The notes under the pieces were generated by a model. The model was not told the DNA's origin. It made no database searches and saw only the letters and a list, made by a program, of their open reading frames with translations. From a virus (lineage: Duplodnaviria > Caudoviricetes): a stretch of 41,714 nucleotides of DNA. Made by a program: the position numbers and the translations under genes. The stretch spans positions 1 to 41,714 of the IMG/VR virus record IMGVR_UViG_3300037467_000692, one strand, 5' to 3'. Positions 24,821 through 34,389 of this stretch are shown in pieces; the first letter of the stretch is position 1, and the number at the start of each line of letters is the position of its first letter.

Positions 24821-25849
24821 ATGGCTTCCGGTGCAGTAGCAATTTCGGACGTTATCGTCCCGCAGATCTTCTCCCCCTATACGCAACAGATGACCACGCA
24901 GAAGTCCCGCCTGATTCGTTCCGGCGCGGTGGTCGAAGACGCGTACCTCAACAACTTCCTGGCCGGCGATGGCATCACCATCAACGCGCCGTCGTTCAAA
25001 GACCTGGACGATGACGCAGAGAACGTGTCGTCTGACACCGGCTCCGACAGCACGCCGAACAAACTGGGCACCGCCCAGGAAATCGCCGTGCGCCTGTCGC
25101 GCAACAACTCCTGGAAGTCGGCAGACCTCGTCTCGGCCCTAATCGACAAGGACCCGCTGCAAGCAATCGCTACCCGCGTCAGTGACTACTGGACCCGCCG
25201 CAAGCAGGGTGCCTTCATCGCCGTGATGAAGGGTATCTTCGCCAACAACGCCGCCGCGACCGATGCGTTCCACACGCAGAATGACATGACGTCGGACATC
25301 TCGTCCACGGCGTTCTCGGCCGGCGTGACCTCGTTCAGCGCCGAAGCGTTCATCGACGCTACGACCACGATGGGCGACAGCATGGACGAACTGACGATGG
25401 TCGCCGTGCACTCGATCGTCTACGCCCGCATGCTGAAGAACAACCTGATCGACTTCATCCCGGACTCGACCAACCCGAACGCGCAGGGCATCCCGACGTT
25501 CCTGGGCCGCATCGTTATGGTGGACGACGCCATGCCGGTGACCTCGGGCGTGTTCGAGACGTGGCTGTTCGGTGCTGGCGCCGTGCGTATGGGTATCGGT
25601 GCACCGAAAGTGGCAACCGAAGTCAAGCGCTATCCGGAAGCCAACAACGGCGGCGGCGCCGAAGCGCTGTTCAACCGCGTCGAGTGGTGCTTGCACCCGG
25701 CTGGCCACGCGTACATCGGCACCCCGGCCAACGGTGGTCCGTCGAACGCGGCCACGACCAACAACCTCGCAGCGGCCGGGTCCTGGAAGCGTGTGTTCAC
25801 TGAACGCAAGCAGATCAAGATCGCCCGCCTGATCACCCGCGAATTCTAA
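24821..25849 (+). CDS. Major capsid protein
   Basis: ISDVIVPQIF..Y, DP..AIA..V..YW, VHS.VY, LHP.G motifs; strong RBS and biased codon use. Confidence 0.92.
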   Translation: MASGAVAISDVIVPQIFSPYTQQMTTQKSRLIRSGAVVEDAYLNNFLAGDGITINAPSFKDLDDDAENVSSDTGSDSTPNKLGTAQEIAVRLSRNNSWKSADLVSALIDKDPLQAIATRVSDYWTRRKQGAFIAVMKGIFANNAAATDAFHTQNDMTSDISSTAFSAGVTSFSAEAFIDATTTMGDSMDELTMVAVHSIVYARMLKNNLIDFIPDSTNPNAQGIPTFLGRIVMVDDAMPVTSGVFETWLFGAGAVRMGIGAPKVATEVKRYPEANNGGGAEALFNRVEWCLHPAGHAYIGTPANGGPSNAATTNNLAAAGSWKRVFTERKQIKIARLITREF

Positions 25850-25857
25850 TCGCGGTC

Positions 25858-25882
25858 AACCCGGCGCCACGCGCGCCGGGTT
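25858..25882 (+). terminator. GC-rich hairpin after the capsid gene (terminator or stabiliser)
   Basis: AACCCGGCGC-N5-GCGCCGGGTT; no clear U tract. Confidence 0.45.
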
Positions 25883-25906
25883 CCCCTAACTTCAGGAGTT
25901 TGCATC

Positions 25907-26362
25907 ATGGCCCGTGCGCCCAAGACGAAACACGCCCGTAAGGGCAACTTTGCGCGCCTGCGCAAGAGCAAACGAGCACTCGCATTCCTGGGTGAGCGCG
26001 CCCTTACGCTTACCGCCTCTGCTACGCCGCAGACCTTCACTGTGGTCAGTAGCGACGGCGACAATGCACTGACAATCACGGCACACGGCCGCAAGCTGGG
26101 TGAAGGCCCGTTCGTTGTGAGCACAACCGGCGCGCTGCCGGGCGGTCTGGTTGCCAACCAAAAATACTGGGTGAAGTCGATCTTGAGCGCAAACAAGCTT
26201 GTTCTGTCGACCAAGCTGGGCGGTCCGGCGGTCACGCTGAGCAGCAACGGCACCGGCACCCACACGATCAAGCGAGGCGTCACCACAGCAGACATTCATG
26301 CGCTGCTGAAACAATCCAATTCCCGTGCCGTTGCTGCGGCTACGGACGTCGACAATCTGTAA
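25907..26362 (+). CDS. Probable virion/head accessory protein with basic N-terminus (151 aa)
   Basis: AGGAG RBS; TTGALPGGL....YWV and GTGTHT beta motifs. Confidence 0.65.
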   Translation: MARAPKTKHARKGNFARLRKSKRALAFLGERALTLTASATPQTFTVVSSDGDNALTITAHGRKLGEGPFVVSTTGALPGGLVANQKYWVKSILSANKLVLSTKLGGPAVTLSSNGTGTHTIKRGVTTADIHALLKQSNSRAVAAATDVDNL

Positions 26363-26371
26363 GGAGTTCAC

Positions 26372-27067
26372 ATGAGCAAGATTATTGCAGCGCTCGGTCA
26401 GCTGGACGTCGGCAACGACGCCCACTGGACCAGCGACGGTCTGCCGCGCATCGACACGGTTAAGTTTCTGGTTGGCGACCAGAGCTTGACTCGCGAGGAC
26501 ATCAACAAAGCTGCGCCGGGGTTCTCGCGCGCAAATACCGCACTGCCGGGCGTACAGCCCGACCAAGCTGCACAAGGCGCAGCAGGCGGGGGTAGTACCG
26601 ACACCGGCTCGATCGCGCCGCCTGCGGCCGATACGCAAGCCGGGCCGGCCGACAACGGGGGCAGCAATGGCGAAGTACACCAGGAAGCAGCGGAAGGCGC
26701 TGGCCAATCCGAACCCCTTACCGAGCGCGCCGCGCTGGAAGCGGAGCTCGCTGTTGCACAAGCCGAGCTGGACGAAATCGAACAAGCGTTCGTTCGCGCG
26801 GAAACTATCCGCAGCAAGGCGCGCGAGAAGCGCGATCGAATCCTTGTTGCGATCGACCGACTCCCGGCTGAACCTTCCACCGCTCCCTTTCTCGGTTATC
26901 TGGCCAGTCAGGCACGACAACTGGAAACACGCGCGGCGCAGCGCCGGGCACTGAACGAAAGCGGCGTCAACCTCAAGGATTTGATGGCCATCACCGGTGC
27001 CTCCCCTCTGGACGTTGCCATGGCCCGCAAGACCGGCTACGGCACCAAACGCCCGGGAGCTAAATGA
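26372..27067 (+). CDS. Head-region protein of unknown function (231 aa)
   Basis: AAGGAG RBS; LD..ND.HWT.DGLP N-terminal domain, low-complexity linker, coiled coil. Confidence 0.75.
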   Translation: MSKIIAALGQLDVGNDAHWTSDGLPRIDTVKFLVGDQSLTREDINKAAPGFSRANTALPGVQPDQAAQGAAGGGSTDTGSIAPPAADTQAGPADNGGSNGEVHQEAAEGAGQSEPLTERAALEAELAVAQAELDEIEQAFVRAETIRSKAREKRDRILVAIDRLPAEPSTAPFLGYLASQARQLETRAAQRRALNESGVNLKDLMAITGASPLDVAMARKTGYGTKRPGAK

Positions 27068-27405
27068 TGTACCGCGACCAGATCTGTGACAACCGGAAGC
27101 ACCGTCAGGACTTAACGAAGTTCAACGGTCTGGTCGCTACTCCCGGCAACCTTGTTACCGGTGTCGTGCTGCCAGCGAATGCGAAGTTGTACGCGTCCTG
27201 CGACGCGGTGATTGCGGCGCCCGTCGCTGTGGTCACCATCAAGGGCAAGTCGTACAGCTTACCCGCGTGCGCTGCCAACACGATATTTCCAATCCAGTAC
27301 GCTGAGCGGGACGCAACTGTCCAAAAGGCTGCTGGGGCACCCGGCGTTATCTCGCTTTACATCGAGGGCAACCTCGGCAAGCTTCTCAAAATCGCTCAAG
27401 GATAA
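27064..27405 (+). CDS. Hypothetical virion-region protein (113 aa)
   Basis: GGAG RBS, overlap with the upstream gene. Confidence 0.7.
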   Translation: MMYRDQICDNRKHRQDLTKFNGLVATPGNLVTGVVLPANAKLYASCDAVIAAPVAVVTIKGKSYSLPACAANTIFPIQYAERDATVQKAAGAPGVISLYIEGNLGKLLKIAQG

Positions 27406-27408
27406 AAC

Positions 27409-27996
27409 ATGAACAGTTTCAACAGCCTCGACAAAATGATCGGCCACGCCGCAACCGGTGCGTCCGTGAGCTCTGCCGGTGTTGCTGCGGATACGGCAAA
27501 AGCTCAAGGCCGTTACGTTGCGCGCCTGTATGACAAGGACGGCAACCTCAAGTGGGAAGACACGTTCGACAACGTGGTGACCACAGTTGGCGGCAATGAC
27601 ATGCTCGACAAGTACCTTGCGGGCAGTTCGTACACGGCGGCGTTCTACCTTGGCCTGATCGGCTCGGTTGGCTATACGTCAGTTCCGGTTGTTGGCGACA
27701 CCATGGCATCGCATTCGACGTGGGCCGAGTGCGGCGGCACCAACGCCCCGGCATACTCGGCAGGCACCCGCCCGGCCGCAAGCTGGGCGGCAGCGTCGGC
27801 CAAGTCGAAGGCCCTGTCCACGCCGGCATCGTTCACGTTCTCGAGCGGTGGCACCGTCAAAGGCTCTTTCCTCGTAACCAACTCCACCAAGGACGGCACT
27901 ACGGGTATTCTGTTCAGCGCCGGCCTGTTCACCGGTGGTGACAAGACGGTTGCCGCGAGCGACACCCTGCAAGTCTCGTATTCCCTCAGCGTGTAA
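27409..27996 (+). CDS. Putative structural protein (195 aa) resembling fibre-attachment domains
   Basis: NVVTTVG, YLGL, ASFTFS, GILFSAG.F...KTV..SDTL.V.Y pattern. Confidence 0.65.
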   Translation: MNSFNSLDKMIGHAATGASVSSAGVAADTAKAQGRYVARLYDKDGNLKWEDTFDNVVTTVGGNDMLDKYLAGSSYTAAFYLGLIGSVGYTSVPVVGDTMASHSTWAECGGTNAPAYSAGTRPAASWAAASAKSKALSTPASFTFSSGGTVKGSFLVTNSTKDGTTGILFSAGLFTGGDKTVAASDTLQVSYSLSV

Positions 27997-28005
27997 GGAT
28001 CAAAC

Positions 28006-28185
28006 ATGGCTCTTCCGTTTAAACCCGGTGACTCGGTCAAACAAAACGTCAGGATTATCGAAGGCACCGTTAGCGGGCTGGAGATCGTGGACAGCGAAGT
28101 CCAGTACAAGGTGCAATATACCGGCGAGGACGGCCAGCCGCACGAGCGCCTGTTCAAAGAAGAAGACATCACCAAGGTGGAATAA
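28006..28185 (+). CDS. 59-aa SH3/KOW-like small protein (MALPFKPGDSV...; below the ORF-track cutoff)
   Basis: AAGGA RBS; FKPGDSV...GTV...Y.VQY...F.EEDI; fills the gap exactly. Confidence 0.75.
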   Translation: MALPFKPGDSVKQNVRIIEGTVSGLEIVDSEVQYKVQYTGEDGQPHERLFKEEDITKVE

Positions 28186-28188
28186 GCC

Positions 28189-28632
28189 ATGCTGAGCATT
28201 CTCGCCCAGGAACTGAAGAACGACCCCGAACAGTTGGGCTACGCCGCTCACTTGCCGGACGACCCGGTGCGTGTGGTCGAATTGCTCAGCAGCCATAGTA
28301 CGACGATGGTCAAGACCCGGATGATCAACGGCCGGACAATCTTGGAGCACTGCGCCACGGGTAAATCGATCCTGCGCAAGATCAAAGCTGCCGCTGACGC
28401 CGACGCAGTCATGGAGGTGGTTTGGGCCTTCCTTAAGCAGGAATCCGGGCTCGACATTGGCTCGCCCGCCACTCGCACCAGCATCGACGGTCTGGTGGCG
28501 GACGGAAGTTGGGAGCAGCAGGAGGGTGACGAGCTCAAGAACTTGGCGGTGCAGCCTGCCAGCAGGGCCGAGGCGCTGGGTATCCCCGCTCCGTCTGCGC
28601 TCGACATCGTAGAAGCATGGAGTGAACAATAA
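28189..28632 (+). CDS. Hypothetical protein of the fibre cassette (147 aa)
   Basis: Coupled ORF; ELKNDP..LGY, SRAEALG. Confidence 0.75.
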   Translation: MLSILAQELKNDPEQLGYAAHLPDDPVRVVELLSSHSTTMVKTRMINGRTILEHCATGKSILRKIKAAADADAVMEVVWAFLKQESGLDIGSPATRTSIDGLVADGSWEQQEGDELKNLAVQPASRAEALGIPAPSALDIVEAWSEQ

Positions 28633-29102
28633 TGGCCGGCACAATTAAATGGCAGGACGGATCTATCCTGACCCTGACGAGCACCGGTTCGTCAGCCGCT
28701 ACGGGATCTGCTGCCTCTGGCGGAACGCTTGATTGCCGGTCCACGGGTAACGCAGCTGACCTTATCGCGGCGTTATTTTCACTGACGGCACAGTGGTCTA
28801 CTGTGACCGGCATCGCTGCCGGAACGGTCATCGCCGACTTGTATCTTGTGCCAGCGATCGACGGCACGAATTTCCCTGACATCGATACGACAGCAGGGGC
28901 AAGCGTGATCCCTTACACGATGCTTGCCGGATCGTTCGTGGCAGCAAAGACGCCCGGCGTATCCACAAATGCGGTGTTCCAGTCAGCGGTCGCTGATTTG
29001 ATGCCAGTGCTCTACAACGTGTACATCCTCAACCGAAGCGGCCAAACGATATCCGCCAACTGGACGCTTAAAGTTCTGGCTGCGGCTGCGCAGTACACGT
29101 AA
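28632..29102 (+). CDS. Beta-rich putative structural protein (156 aa)
   Basis: TAATG coupling; LYLVPAIDGTNF, NRSGQTI. Confidence 0.7.
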   Translation: MAGTIKWQDGSILTLTSTGSSAATGSAASGGTLDCRSTGNAADLIAALFSLTAQWSTVTGIAAGTVIADLYLVPAIDGTNFPDIDTTAGASVIPYTMLAGSFVAAKTPGVSTNAVFQSAVADLMPVLYNVYILNRSGQTISANWTLKVLAAAAQYT

Positions 29103-30640
29103 TGAGCGCCGTCATAACGCGTCGCGTTCGCACCTCGCAGCCGTCTGGTTGTGTTATCGCGGCATCTGATTGGCGCGCGCTCGGGTTGCAGAACCTGACG
29201 ATGTTCGGTGCAGCCGATATTGACGCAGCGAACCCGGTAGGCTTCACGCGCAGCGGCACGGGGCACACGCTTAAGGCCAATGCGTTCGGCGTGGGTGTGT
29301 CGCAGAACGGCGGCAACAACACATGGACGGTTGGCGCCAAGGGTAAAACCATCGGCGTTGGAAACCAGTTTGCGGTCGTCGTCGCGTTCCAGTTGAATGC
29401 CACCGGACAGACCCAAAAGTACCTTGTCATGGACGGCGCCAGTGCCGATCAGACGGCCATAATTTACGGGTACGTCGCCAACACCGTCGAATTTTTCGCG
29501 CAAGGCTACACCGGCACGGACCCGCGCACTGGCAGCGGCATCGTCGTTAATGACACGCTGCCGCACGTCATCATCTACACGTACGATGGTACGAATTGGC
29601 GTGGATACCTTGATGGCGTTGAAAAGTTTTCGGTAACACGCACGTTCTCCCTCTTTGGACTCGCAGGTACACCATCGGGATTCATTGGTGGTGCTACGGC
29701 CACGGGCGGGGTGATTAATGCTACGTTCAATCTGCACGCCCGTTTCAGTGCAGGTCTGCCAAGAACGGCGGCGCTGCGGATTTCGGCCAACCAATGGCAG
29801 TTGTTCAAGCCGAACCTGAGACGGATCTGGATGCCGTTCCCAGCGACAGGCAGCATCCTGACGGCAACATCCGTAGAGGCATTGAGCGGATCCGAATCCA
29901 ACTCCAATGCCCTTCTTGCCGCCGCCAGCCTGAACGACAGCCTGAGCGCCTTGGAACTTCCCGCCGCGCTTGCCGCGTATGCTGCCAGCAGACAAGAAAG
30001 CGTCGCCGCTAGCGATGCCGCCACGGCCTCCGCCGCATACAAGGCCACTGCCGCCGACTCTGTGGCCACAAGCGACGCCGTGCAAGCACTGGCCCAGTGG
30101 GCGGCACAGGCGTCTGACACCGGGTCCGCAAACGATAACACGTACACAGGGGCCTCGGCTGCACAGGCAACGGCAGCGGAGACGGTGAGTGCGGCTGACG
30201 CCGGGACTGCCACAACGGCTGGAACGGCTTCAGTTACAAACTCTATCAATGCCAGTGACACAACGTCTGCGGCGGTACAATACCTGAGCAGCCTGCTTGA
30301 CGGGCTTTCGGTCACCGATCAACAGTTTGTTGGCGGTTCGGTGTACGTTGCATCCAACGGGGAGTTGGTCTCGTCTGCTGAGGTTGTGTCTGCTGGCGCA
30401 AATATTGCGTCGGCACAGGCCGAAACGGTCATTAGCGCGGACCAGATTGCCGCGTTCCTTGCTGGCAATCTGCCCCCGGCAAACATTGACCCGAATCTGG
30501 TGCCCAAGACGCGCTGGATTTCGTTCGAGGGGAACACTCGCGTTGTGGTGTTCGAGGGTACGTCCCGCGTTGTGGTGTATGAAGGCAATTCCCGGGTTGT
30601 AACATTTGAAGGTAACAATAGGACGGTGGTGTTCCAATGA
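29102..30640 (+). CDS. Putative fibre/adhesin: LamG/ConA-like domain, Ala/Ser/Thr stalk, C-terminal 9-aa repeats
   Basis: PHVIIYTYDGTNWRGYLDG LamG-type motif; low-complexity stalk. Confidence 0.7.
   Translation: MSAVITRRVRTSQPSGCVIAASDWRALGLQNLTMFGAADIDAANPVGFTRSGTGHTLKANAFGVGVSQNGGNNTWTVGAKGKTIGVGNQFAVVVAFQLNATGQTQKYLVMDGASADQTAIIYGYVANTVEFFAQGYTGTDPRTGSGIVVNDTLPHVIIYTYDGTNWRGYLDGVEKFSVTRTFSLFGLAGTPSGFIGGATATGGVINATFNLHARFSAGLPRTAALRISANQWQLFKPNLRRIWMPFPATGSILTATSVEALSGSESNSNALLAAASLNDSLSALELPAALAAYAASRQESVAASDAATASAAYKATAADSVATSDAVQALAQWAAQASDTGSANDNTYTGASAAQATAAETVSAADAGTATTAGTASVTNSINASDTTSAAVQYLSSLLDGLSVTDQQFVGGSVYVASNGELVSSAEVVSAGANIASAQAETVISADQIAAFLAGNLPPANIDPNLVPKTRWISFEGNTRVVVFEGTSRVVVYEGNSRVVTFEGNNRTVVFQ
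30523..30634 (+). repeat. Four tandem 27-nt coding repeats (FEGNTRVVV / FEGTSRVVV / YEGNSRVVT / FEGNNRTVV)
   Basis: Visible in both DNA and translation. Confidence 0.85.
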
Positions 30641-30975
30641 CTATTAATCGCGACCCGTACATTTTCAACGAGCGGCACTACGTCGACAAAGACCCTGACA
30701 ACAAGTGGTATTACGTCATTGACGTAACCGACGAGATTACCAAGAACAACACCACGGCTGTAAGCGCAACTTACACGACGAGCCGGATGACTGTTCTCGA
30801 GGGGCCAACCGTCTCGAGTGGCAAGTACATTACCATCAAGGTGACCGGGCCGTCCGACCCAGTCAACCAAACGGACGAGGACGCATTCGTGCAGTTACAC
30901 GTGACCTGCGCCAACACGGAAGAATTCGATAAACGGCTCTGGTTCAATCAGGGTAACAAAGTGGTGGTGGACTAA
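30637..30975 (+). CDS. Putative fibre adaptor protein (112 aa)
   Basis: KDPD...Y.ID motif and beta-sandwich-like pattern; ATGA overlap. Confidence 0.6.
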   Translation: MTINRDPYIFNERHYVDKDPDNKWYYVIDVTDEITKNNTTAVSATYTTSRMTVLEGPTVSSGKYITIKVTGPSDPVNQTDEDAFVQLHVTCANTEEFDKRLWFNQGNKVVVD

Positions 30976-30976
30976 C

Positions 30977-31108
30977 ATGATTGATGCGGAAGAATTGGTG
31001 CGCCTACACAAGCTGCGCCAGAAGGCAAACGAGCCCGCGCCGGCCCCTGCGCCTGCGCCCGCACCCGCCGCGCCGGTGACGCAGTACCCTCTGGCGCCAA
31101 AGAAGTAA
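30977..31108 (+). CDS. 43-aa peptide with a PAPAPAPAPA tract
   Basis: ATG 1 nt after the upstream stop; ends just before the RBS of the next gene. Confidence 0.5.
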   Translation: MIDAEELVRLHKLRQKANEPAPAPAPAPAPAAPVTQYPLAPKK

Positions 31109-31117
31109 GGAGCTAGC

Positions 31118-31603
31118 ATGACTCTGATTGTTGAAGACGGCACTGGCGTTCCGGACGCTGAATCTTACACCAGCGTGGACTACGCGGACAAGTACTTCAG
31201 TGACCGTGGGGTTGCATCGTGGGCGTCGTTGACGACTGCTGACAAGGAACGCGGCCTGCGGCTTGCAACGGATTACGTTGAACTGCGCTTCTCGACGCGG
31301 TTTCGCGGCACCAAGCTTGACCCCGATCAGTATCTCAGTTTTCCGCGTGCGGACGGCAAGCCAATCCCGGTCAACTTGCAACGCGCCTGCGCCGAATATG
31401 CAGTGCGCGCGCTGGCCGCACCACTGGTGGCAGACCCTGTCGTTGATGACCGTGGGCTGGTGGTGAAAAGCGTGTCGGAAAAGCTTGGCCCGCTTGACGA
31501 GACGACCGAATACGCTACCACGGCGCGTGAGTTATTCAAACCGTACCCGGCTGCGGATAACCTGCTAAAATCACTGTTGCGTCCATCACAGTTAATCCGA
31601 TAA
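31118..31603 (+). CDS. Head-tail adaptor (often annotated DnaT-like)
   Basis: LIVEDGTG..DAESY, ATDY, Q.LSFPR, ACAEYA, YPAAD.LL. Confidence 0.85.
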   Translation: MTLIVEDGTGVPDAESYTSVDYADKYFSDRGVASWASLTTADKERGLRLATDYVELRFSTRFRGTKLDPDQYLSFPRADGKPIPVNLQRACAEYAVRALAAPLVADPVVDDRGLVVKSVSEKLGPLDETTEYATTARELFKPYPAADNLLKSLLRPSQLIR

Positions 31604-31607
31604 CCAC

Positions 31608-31988
31608 ATGGCTGATTATTCCAAGTTCGTTGCGCTGGCACAGAAGCTGATCACCAAGCGTGGTCGGTTGGTGTCGTTGCAACAGCTTTCGGGTGGTGCC
31701 AGTGACCCGACAAAGCCATGGAAAGGCGCCGGGGCGCCGGCTGTGGCGGTTCAGGTTGACAATGTGCCCGCCGTGTTCCTTGACGCAAAGGGCTTGGACA
31801 TTAAGTCCGTTATCAAAGACGATAACTTGCTCAAGCGGGCAACCGACGTTGCGCTGATCGCGCCGGGCGCAGTGGACTTTTCCATTATGAATATGATTCT
31901 TGATGGAAAGCCGATGCGCATTGAATGGTGCCATGTGCTAAAGCCCGGTGATACCGTGTGCTTGTACGTGTTTGGGATGATGCGATGA
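31608..31988 (+). CDS. Head closure / neck protein
   Basis: Position; A.KLI.K.GR.V, KPW, LKPG. Confidence 0.7.
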   Translation: MADYSKFVALAQKLITKRGRLVSLQQLSGGASDPTKPWKGAGAPAVAVQVDNVPAVFLDAKGLDIKSVIKDDNLLKRATDVALIAPGAVDFSIMNMILDGKPMRIEWCHVLKPGDTVCLYVFGMMR

Positions 31989-32392
31989 CGCCGACCGACG
32001 CAGTAGACACCATGTGTGGCGTGTTTCGAGACGCATGGGTTGCCGCAGGCTACGACCTTGCGAACGTGCGCTGGGACGACGTAACGGGCGCTGTAACGGA
32101 CGAGCAAGTCACGTGGGCACGGGTAACGATCAAGCACTTTGCCGGCCCTACGCGAGCGTTTGGCCAGCACCGTGCCCTGTACAGCAACACGGGCACCCTG
32201 TACGTGCAGATTTTTACGCCTGCGGGCGGCGCCAACCAAGAAGCGTACGACGCCTCGTACGCTGTGGTTAGTGCCTACCGTGGCGCAATTAATTCGGGCG
32301 TGAGTTTCCGCGACACGCGAATCCGAGAAGTAGGTGTAAGCGGAGCATTTCAACAAACCAACGTCCTCACGGACTTCTCTTACGACGATTAG
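31985..32392 (+). CDS. Tail terminator-like protein
   Basis: WARVTI.H, G..YVQIFTP.G, FQ.NV...F.YD; ATGA overlap. Confidence 0.7.
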   Translation: MTPTDAVDTMCGVFRDAWVAAGYDLANVRWDDVTGAVTDEQVTWARVTIKHFAGPTRAFGQHRALYSNTGTLYVQIFTPAGGANQEAYDASYAVVSAYRGAINSGVSFRDTRIREVGVSGAFQQTNVLTDFSYDD

Positions 32393-32399
32393 GTGAACC

Positions 32400-33857
32400 A
32401 TGACCAATAAAATCGATTCCAATCTCACCGGCCTCTGCTATGTTGAAGAGGTCACGCCGGGCGTGCTGCCGGGTTCACCTGTCTGGAAACCGCTGGAGCC
32501 GAACAGCTACAGTGACTTCGGTGCCCAGACCAAGAACACGGCACGCAACCCTATTACCCAGTCGCGCCAGCGCCAGAAAGGCTCCGTGACGGACCTGGAT
32601 GCATCGGCCGGCTTCTCGCTGGACATGACGCAGGACAATCTGTATGACCTGCTGCAAGGTTTCATGTTCGCTGACTGGCGCAAGAAAGACGTTGACACTG
32701 TCACCGCCGTCTCCACGTCGTACACGCTGGCAGCAAACGGCACCGACTACCGCGCGAATGACCTTGTGTTCGGTTCCGGTTTCGGTGTTGCTGCGAACAA
32801 CGGCCTGCACCTCGTCACCGCGTCGACCTCGACCAGCGTCACCGCCAACGGCATCGCAGCCGAGGCCACTCCGCCCGCCACCGCGCAGATTCACCGCATG
32901 GGTGCGCAGTTCGCATCGGGCGACGCAACCATCACCGTGACGTCAGGCGTTGCTGCGCTGGTCACCACGACGAAAGACCTGACGCAACTGGGCCTGATCC
33001 CGGGTGAATGGGTCTTCATCGGCGGCGACACCGCAACGATGCAGTTCGCAACGGCAACCAACAACTGCTTCGCCCGCGTTGCCACCATCGCCACGAACAA
33101 GATCACGTTCGACAAAACTGGTCAAACGATGGTGGCTGACACCGGCACCGGCAAGACGATCCAGATCTTCTTCGGCGATGTCATCAAGAACGAATCGAAC
33201 CCGGCGCTGATCAAATCGCGCAGCTACCAGTTCGAACGTTCGCTGAGCACGGCCGGCTACGAATACGTCATCGGTTCGTTCGCAAACGAGATGCAGATCA
33301 AGCTGACGCAGGGCAGCAAGATCACAGTCGACCTGAATTTCGTGTCATTGGACGCGCAGACGCAGGCTGGTGCAAAGACTGGCACGCACCCGGCAATCGC
33401 CACGTCGTCCTCGGCCTTCAACACCTCGTCGGACTTCAGCCGCTTGCGCCTGGAAAAGCTGGACGCGACCGGCCTGACGAACTACATGACGGAAGCCACC
33501 GTCACCATCAACAACGGTATCACCCCGATCAAGGCGCTGGGCAAGCTGGGCGCGGTGGACGTCAGCTACGGTGACTTCGCCGTGTCAGGTAGCCTGACCG
33601 CCCTGTTCACTGACATCGCTACCGTGCAAGCCGTGCGCAACAACGCCGACGTGACGATGGACTTCGCGCTGGTGGCCCGCAATGCCGGTGTGGTTATCGA
33701 CATCCCGCTGGTGGCACTGGGCAACGGCCGTCTGCAGGTCGAGAAGGACAACCCGATCAAGATTCCGCTGACCCCGGAAGCTGCTGCGCACCAGACTCTG
33801 AACCACACGCTGCTCATCTGCAATTTCTGCTACCTGCCGTCGCTGGCAGACAGCTAA
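32400..33857 (+). CDS. Major tail tube protein
   Basis: KIDSN.TGL, LEPNSYSDFG, ARNPI...RQ..KG..TDLDA, VRNNADV; precedes the chaperones. Confidence 0.88.
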   Translation: MTNKIDSNLTGLCYVEEVTPGVLPGSPVWKPLEPNSYSDFGAQTKNTARNPITQSRQRQKGSVTDLDASAGFSLDMTQDNLYDLLQGFMFADWRKKDVDTVTAVSTSYTLAANGTDYRANDLVFGSGFGVAANNGLHLVTASTSTSVTANGIAAEATPPATAQIHRMGAQFASGDATITVTSGVAALVTTTKDLTQLGLIPGEWVFIGGDTATMQFATATNNCFARVATIATNKITFDKTGQTMVADTGTGKTIQIFFGDVIKNESNPALIKSRSYQFERSLSTAGYEYVIGSFANEMQIKLTQGSKITVDLNFVSLDAQTQAGAKTGTHPAIATSSSAFNTSSDFSRLRLEKLDATGLTNYMTEATVTINNGITPIKALGKLGAVDVSYGDFAVSGSLTALFTDIATVQAVRNNADVTMDFALVARNAGVVIDIPLVALGNGRLQVEKDNPIKIPLTPEAAAHQTLNHTLLICNFCYLPSLADS

Positions 33858-33890
33858 AATAGCGCTACCTGCCCCGCAGGATTTCCTTCG

Positions 33891-33917
33891 CCGCTGCCTT
33901 CGGGCAGCGGTTCTTTT
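33891..33917 (+). terminator. Intrinsic terminator
   Basis: CCGCTGCC-TTCG-GGCAGCGG-TTCTTTT. Confidence 0.75.
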
Positions 33918-33933
33918 ACCTCAAGGAGTTACA

Positions 33934-34389
33934 ATGTCCGCATACGCAATGTTCAAGACCAACAAAGACACCGAAAAGAACGGTATCACCCTCAACTACG
34001 GCGACTTCTACCTCGTGGTTGGCCGTGCTGGCGGTGCCAACCAGAAATTCAAGGGCGCAATCAAGCGTATCATGGACCCGCACCGCCGCGCACTGCAAAC
34101 CGACACCCTGTCGGAAAAGAAAGTGACGGAGCTCATGATCCAGGCGTACGCTGAATCGAACGTGTACGACTGGGGCTACAAGGCCAACCCGGAAGACAAA
34201 GACTTCATCGCCGGCAAGTTCCTGGCCAAGGACGACCAAGGTAATGACGTCGTGCTGGATCTGAACCGCGACAACATCATCAAGGTCTTCACGGACCTGC
34301 CGGACCTGTTCTCCGACGTCCAGGAGCAAGCGGGCAAAGTGAGCCTGTTCCGCGACGAGATCACGGACGAGGACGCAAAAAACTTGTAA
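33934..34389 (+). CDS. Tail assembly chaperone (gpG-like)
   Basis: Between tube and tape measure genes; RAGGAN, LPDLF; ends at a slippery site. Confidence 0.85.
   Translation: MSAYAMFKTNKDTEKNGITLNYGDFYLVVGRAGGANQKFKGAIKRIMDPHRRALQTDTLSEKKVTELMIQAYAESNVYDWGYKANPEDKDFIAGKFLAKDDQGNDVVLDLNRDNIIKVFTDLPDLFSDVQEQAGKVSLFRDEITDEDAKNL
34377..34383 (+). other. -1 ribosomal frameshift site A AAA AAC
   Basis: X XXY YYZ heptamer; the -1 frame is open and continuous with ORF 34413-34721. Confidence 0.85.

Noticed and set aside
31118-31603. Primosomal DnaT function
   Set aside because: Position between head and tail genes indicates a head-tail adaptor; the DnaT-like label for this family does not fit the context.
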